9,892 bases of DNA from Azolla caroliniana. Lineage: Eukaryota; Plantae; Polypodiophyta. The translations under genes and the position numbers were made by a program. Each line of letters starts with the position of its first letter. Within the stretch, counting starts at the first letter, position 1. Positions 6,686 to 9,892 of this stretch are shown here, one piece after another. Location: assembly GCA_043228905.1 (NCBI GenBank), contig JBHGNT010001314.1:1-9892 (forward strand), read 5' to 3'. The notes beneath the pieces are model-generated. The model made no database searches. It worked only from the letters and a program-made list of their open reading frames with translations, and was not told where the DNA came from.

Positions 6686-8705
6686 ATGGAAAATCAACCA
6701 AAGGCTAACAACATGATGATGATGTTCGAGTGGATGCTTCAAGAACAACATGCGATGTCGAAGATAGCGGCGACAATAGAGCGGCTCGTGCAACGGACCG
6801 GGCAATTAAACGGAAAGGACGTATCACGCTCTCTTCGGGACTACAAGGTGGAAATGATACGGTGCGGGATTTCAGAAGGACTGCAAGTGACATCCTTCAA
6901 CCGGGTAGCTACCGACGGGCTTCAAGCAAGTATTCACGGGCTACGACAACAAAATGTGACGTGGGAAGCGTTTGAAGAGGTGCTAAAGACCACGTTCGCT
7001 ATCGAGGACCTCTCCAAGGCAACGTCCTCCAAGGCAACGTGGAGAGGATTTGAGGATTGGGTGGAAACGCCGGACAAGGGGATGAAGGTCCTCGATGTGT
7101 TTTCAGCATTCGAAAGTCGGTTCGGGAGGTTGCCTGCGGGAGATCAAGCTATCCTCGCACCGAACAAAGTTATCATGTTCTTACGAGCCGTAGACGTCCG
7201 AGACCGAAAAGATCTTGGAGTGCTTCTAGAGGACACGACTACCGAGAGTGCGGGATATCGTCGCGTGATACACAAAGAGGGGGCAATGGCTTGCCAACGA
7301 AGAAAAGAAGGTTTCCGAAACCGAGATCCGGATCGGAAGACCATCAACCACGGGCTCGGGAAGCTACGACCGAGAAGGGAATTGACGCAACTACGGTGGA
7401 GCGGTTGCTGAAGGAGATGGAGAATCTAAAAATCACGATGGTGAAGAAGTCGGATGACCGTCCCACAATTTCCAAGTATATGGACCGTCGGTGCATATGG
7501 TGCGATAGCATCGAGCATGATCGGAGGGATTGTGACGAGCACAAGGAGCGCTACAACGGGATCTTATCTACTACGAGGGAAATCGGATCCAGTCGATGGA
7601 CTCTTGGAAGCCACTTCGACCAAACTTCTGGAAAGGCGGCATGAAGAAGGTCCTCGAGGAGGAAATAGCGGAGAAAAGAAATTATGTGACAACTGCGGGA
7701 ATACGTGTCGGTGAGTCATCGGGAGCAAATGTGTCTTTTTGGCCGGATGTGCTAGAGAACCCTGAGAAGACCGACTCCAATGAGATCCGAAGCGCCGCGG
7801 AATGTATCCGGGAAGCTACAGGATGGGAGTGCCCCGTAGATAAGAATAGCATACATGCGCTATGTCAAATGCATGAAGTGTATGTGGATGAAAAATGACG
7901 GCGCACCGATGATGCGACCGGACCATCGAAGACACCGAAAAGCTGGAACTCCGGAGGGAAGGGAAAAGAAAAGAAGATTCCGGCATTCAAGCTCGCCTCG
8001 GACATAAAACAACAAAGGAACTTGAAGAAGGTGTTTGAGAAGAGAATCCTCGATAGCCGGGTAGAATTTTCGCTTCGGGAATTACTCGGAATAGCGAAGA
8101 ACGAGTTCCACGATCTTCTTGTGGATCTCGTGAAGAGAAAAAGACAAAGTATGGAGATAAATGCTCCAAGGGTGAATGCAAATACCGTTTTAATGAATGA
8201 CACCGCAGTGGAGGACGAAATTCCGAACTCCCACTACACAAGGCCACACTAGGCACGTACAACTAGGGAGACTCCGGTCCGAATCAACAACATCAAAGAG
8301 CCTGTGGTAGCATTGATTGATCATGGATCGGAGATCAATTTGATGTCCAAGGAGTTCTACCAGAAGGTGAAGTGGCTTATAAATACTAACCATGGATAGA
8401 AGATACGGGCAGCCACTAAAGCAACGAAAGATCTATTTGTGGCTTGTCCGGATGTGATGGTGAAGATCAGGGATGTCAAGATCGACCAAAATTTCTTCGT
8501 ACAAGATGAGGTCTCACATTCTGTGATCCTCGGGCAACCCTTTATCACGGCGTCACGAATAGAGACAAAGGTGCTCGATAGCGGTGCGGTTTTCATACGA
8601 ATTCGGAGCCAAAGCAGAGGGAAATCCGTCCAATTCCTAACTATGCTGGCAAATCATGAAAGGAACAAGAGAGAGCCCTTGTCCCAAACAAGGATGGATT
8701 TTTAG
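6686..8705 (+). pseudogene. Ty3/gypsy element E gag / zinc knuckle / DUF4100-like / aspartic protease ORF (disrupted)
   Basis: ATG 6686; gag-like GQLNGKDVSR.LRDY...TWEAFEEVLK; knuckle CIWCDSIEHDRRDC (7492-7533); PAFKLASDI....KKVFEKRILDSRVEFSLRELLGIAK (DUF4100-like by recollection); protease ALIDHGSEINLMS (D at 8319) and VILGQPF. Frameshifts near 7250 and 7545; stops at 7896, 8250 and 8397. Confidence 0.88.
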
Positions 8706-8740
8706 AGCAGACTGTTGCAGAGTGGAGAAGTGATAGTCTG
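8696..8740 (+). promoter_or_regulatory. Candidate -1 programmed ribosomal frameshift signal
   Basis: Heptamer G GAT TTT (8696-8702) in the 0 frame, followed by TAG; 5-nt spacer; stem CAGACUGUUGC (8708-8718) / GUGAUAGUCUG (8730-8740). The -1 frame is open. Confidence 0.65.
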
Positions 8741-9105
8741 AGAAGCCCTGATACCCTACATAGGAAGAAAACTCTCGGAGCAAAACAAGTACGAATCGGT
8801 CCCGATGGGGCATCTACGTACACGGTCGTAACCAGAGGAAAGAAGAAAGAATACCAAAAAGTAGAGGATAAGTTGCGGTCGGCATCAATAATAAAAGAAG
8901 ACGAAGAAATCGTGGGGGTAGTCGAAGAAGTGTTCTATGGGAGCACGCTACAATGGCTTGAAGAGCTTGTGGAGGATACAAGCCAAGGAGACCAGGTAGT
9001 TCCGGTAGAATCGGTCGAGATGTACGAGATCATTGCGAAAATGAGGCCAGATGCGCTCCGCAAAGAAGACGCAATGGTAAGTACGAAATACAAGACCGTG
9101 GAGAA
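8696..9105 (+). pseudogene. Element E pol N-terminal (pre-RT) region in the -1 frame, cut by LTR F
   Basis: Stop-free from 8696 (GFLEQTVAEW...) into ORF 8873-9118, reaching STKYKTVE, which resembles the KYK.V.KKV.PV motif that precedes RT in this element type. Confidence 0.7.
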
Positions 9106-9892
9106 TGACGGGAACTAAACGCTCCTTATGCACAACGCTCAGCCACAACCGAGCTTAGAATCATACACAGAAAACGGGAAAGGTGAAGAGACAACACAAA
9201 GGAGAGAAAAGTACACAAGATGTTTACGTGGAAAACCAAAACTAAGGGAAAAAACCACGGCAGCCCACAGGCTGCAAACTATCACTATGTTAGAATGTAC
9301 AACAGTGGGTTCACGGAGGCAACAACCTCGTGCTCACGATCTTCACCACAGGCGGCGGTTACAACAGAGGCAACGACCTCTTCCTCTCTCTCTCACTCTC
9401 TGTACACTGTTACACACACTCTTCTTATACCAACAAGAAAAATGACAACTCAAACTAAAAGTTTGCCCTAAGTCATATTTATACTAATATGACTTTTCGG
9501 CTATTTACAAATATAGCCATGATGGACTCTCAGAAACATATTTACGAATATGTCTCTTCATCCGGTGAGCACTTCTCACCGGGTCTGCACCATACGGCTC
9601 TCCGTAGTCGGGTACTCCTCATGCGGTTCTCACCGGGTCTGCACCATCCGGCTCTCCGTAGCCGGGTACTCCTAATCCGGTTCTCACCGCGTCTGTACCA
9701 TCCGGCTCTCCGTAGCCGGGTACTCCTCATCCGGTTCTCACCGGGTCTGTACCATCTGGCTCTCCGTAGCCGGGTACTCGTCATCCGGTCTTCACCGGGT
9801 CCGCACCATCCGGCTCTCCGTAGCCGGGTACTTGTCATCCGGTTTCGGCCTTGGTCTTTTGGCCTCGGCCGAGTTTGTTCATCGGCACTGTT
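9106..9892 (-). mobile_element. LTR of copia element F, related to LTR B (right end not resolved)
   Basis: Starts TGACGGGAAC where E's pol motif breaks. Shares ordered blocks with 1516-2043: GCTC.GCCACAACCGAGC, GATGTTTAC.TGGAAA, AACTATCACTATG, GGCGGTTACAACAGA, TAAGTCATATTTATACT.ATATGA, GGCTATTTACAAATATAGCC. Orientation is inferred from B. Confidence 0.85.
9573..9842. repeat. Tandem array of five 54-bp units in the U3 of LTR F
   Basis: Units start at 9573, 9627, 9681, 9735 and 9789; consensus TTCTCACCGGGTCTGYACCATCCGGCTCTCCGTAGCCGGGTACTCCTCATCCGG; only a few substitutions per copy and no spacers. Confidence 0.97.

Noticed and set aside
9542-9838. 98-aa Arg-rich repeat protein ORF
   Set aside because: It is a by-product of a stop-free 54-bp unit (a multiple of 3) inside an LTR U3; there is no independent coding evidence.
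9573-9842. CRISPR array
   Set aside because: The units are head-to-tail with no unique spacers, and the context is a eukaryotic LTR.
9877-9887. GTTCATCGGCA as the right end of LTR F
   Set aside because: Only a loose inverted match to TGACGGGAAC. The following CTGTT does not match the expected TSD GAGAA, and the window ends before a PPT can be assessed.

Overview
This window is entirely made of nested, mostly decayed retrotransposons from a plant genome; the protein styles suggest a bryophyte such as a moss (inference). No host gene is recognisable. From left to right: a probable solo gypsy-type LTR (59-~698); a LINE-like endonuclease relic; an old copia integrase fragment (A); a Tnt1/Tork-like copia (B: 3' LTR, PPT, RNase H and RT, minus strand); a second copia (C) inserted in B's RT; a gypsy-type gag-protease element (D) inserted in C's RNase H; a second gypsy (E: LTR, tRNA-Trp PBS, gag, DUF4100-like region, protease, start of pol) inserted in D's protease; and a copia LTR (F) with a 5x54-bp array inserted in E's pol. 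Two signals stand out. First, an antisense tRNA-type Pol III promoter (A box, 32 nt, B box) is conserved in two diverged LTRs of the E-like family. Second, there is a candidate -1 ribosomal frameshift cassette (G GAU UUU UAG, 5-nt spacer, 11-bp stem) located after the protease rather than between gag and protease. All family assignments come from motif recognition by eye, with no database search.
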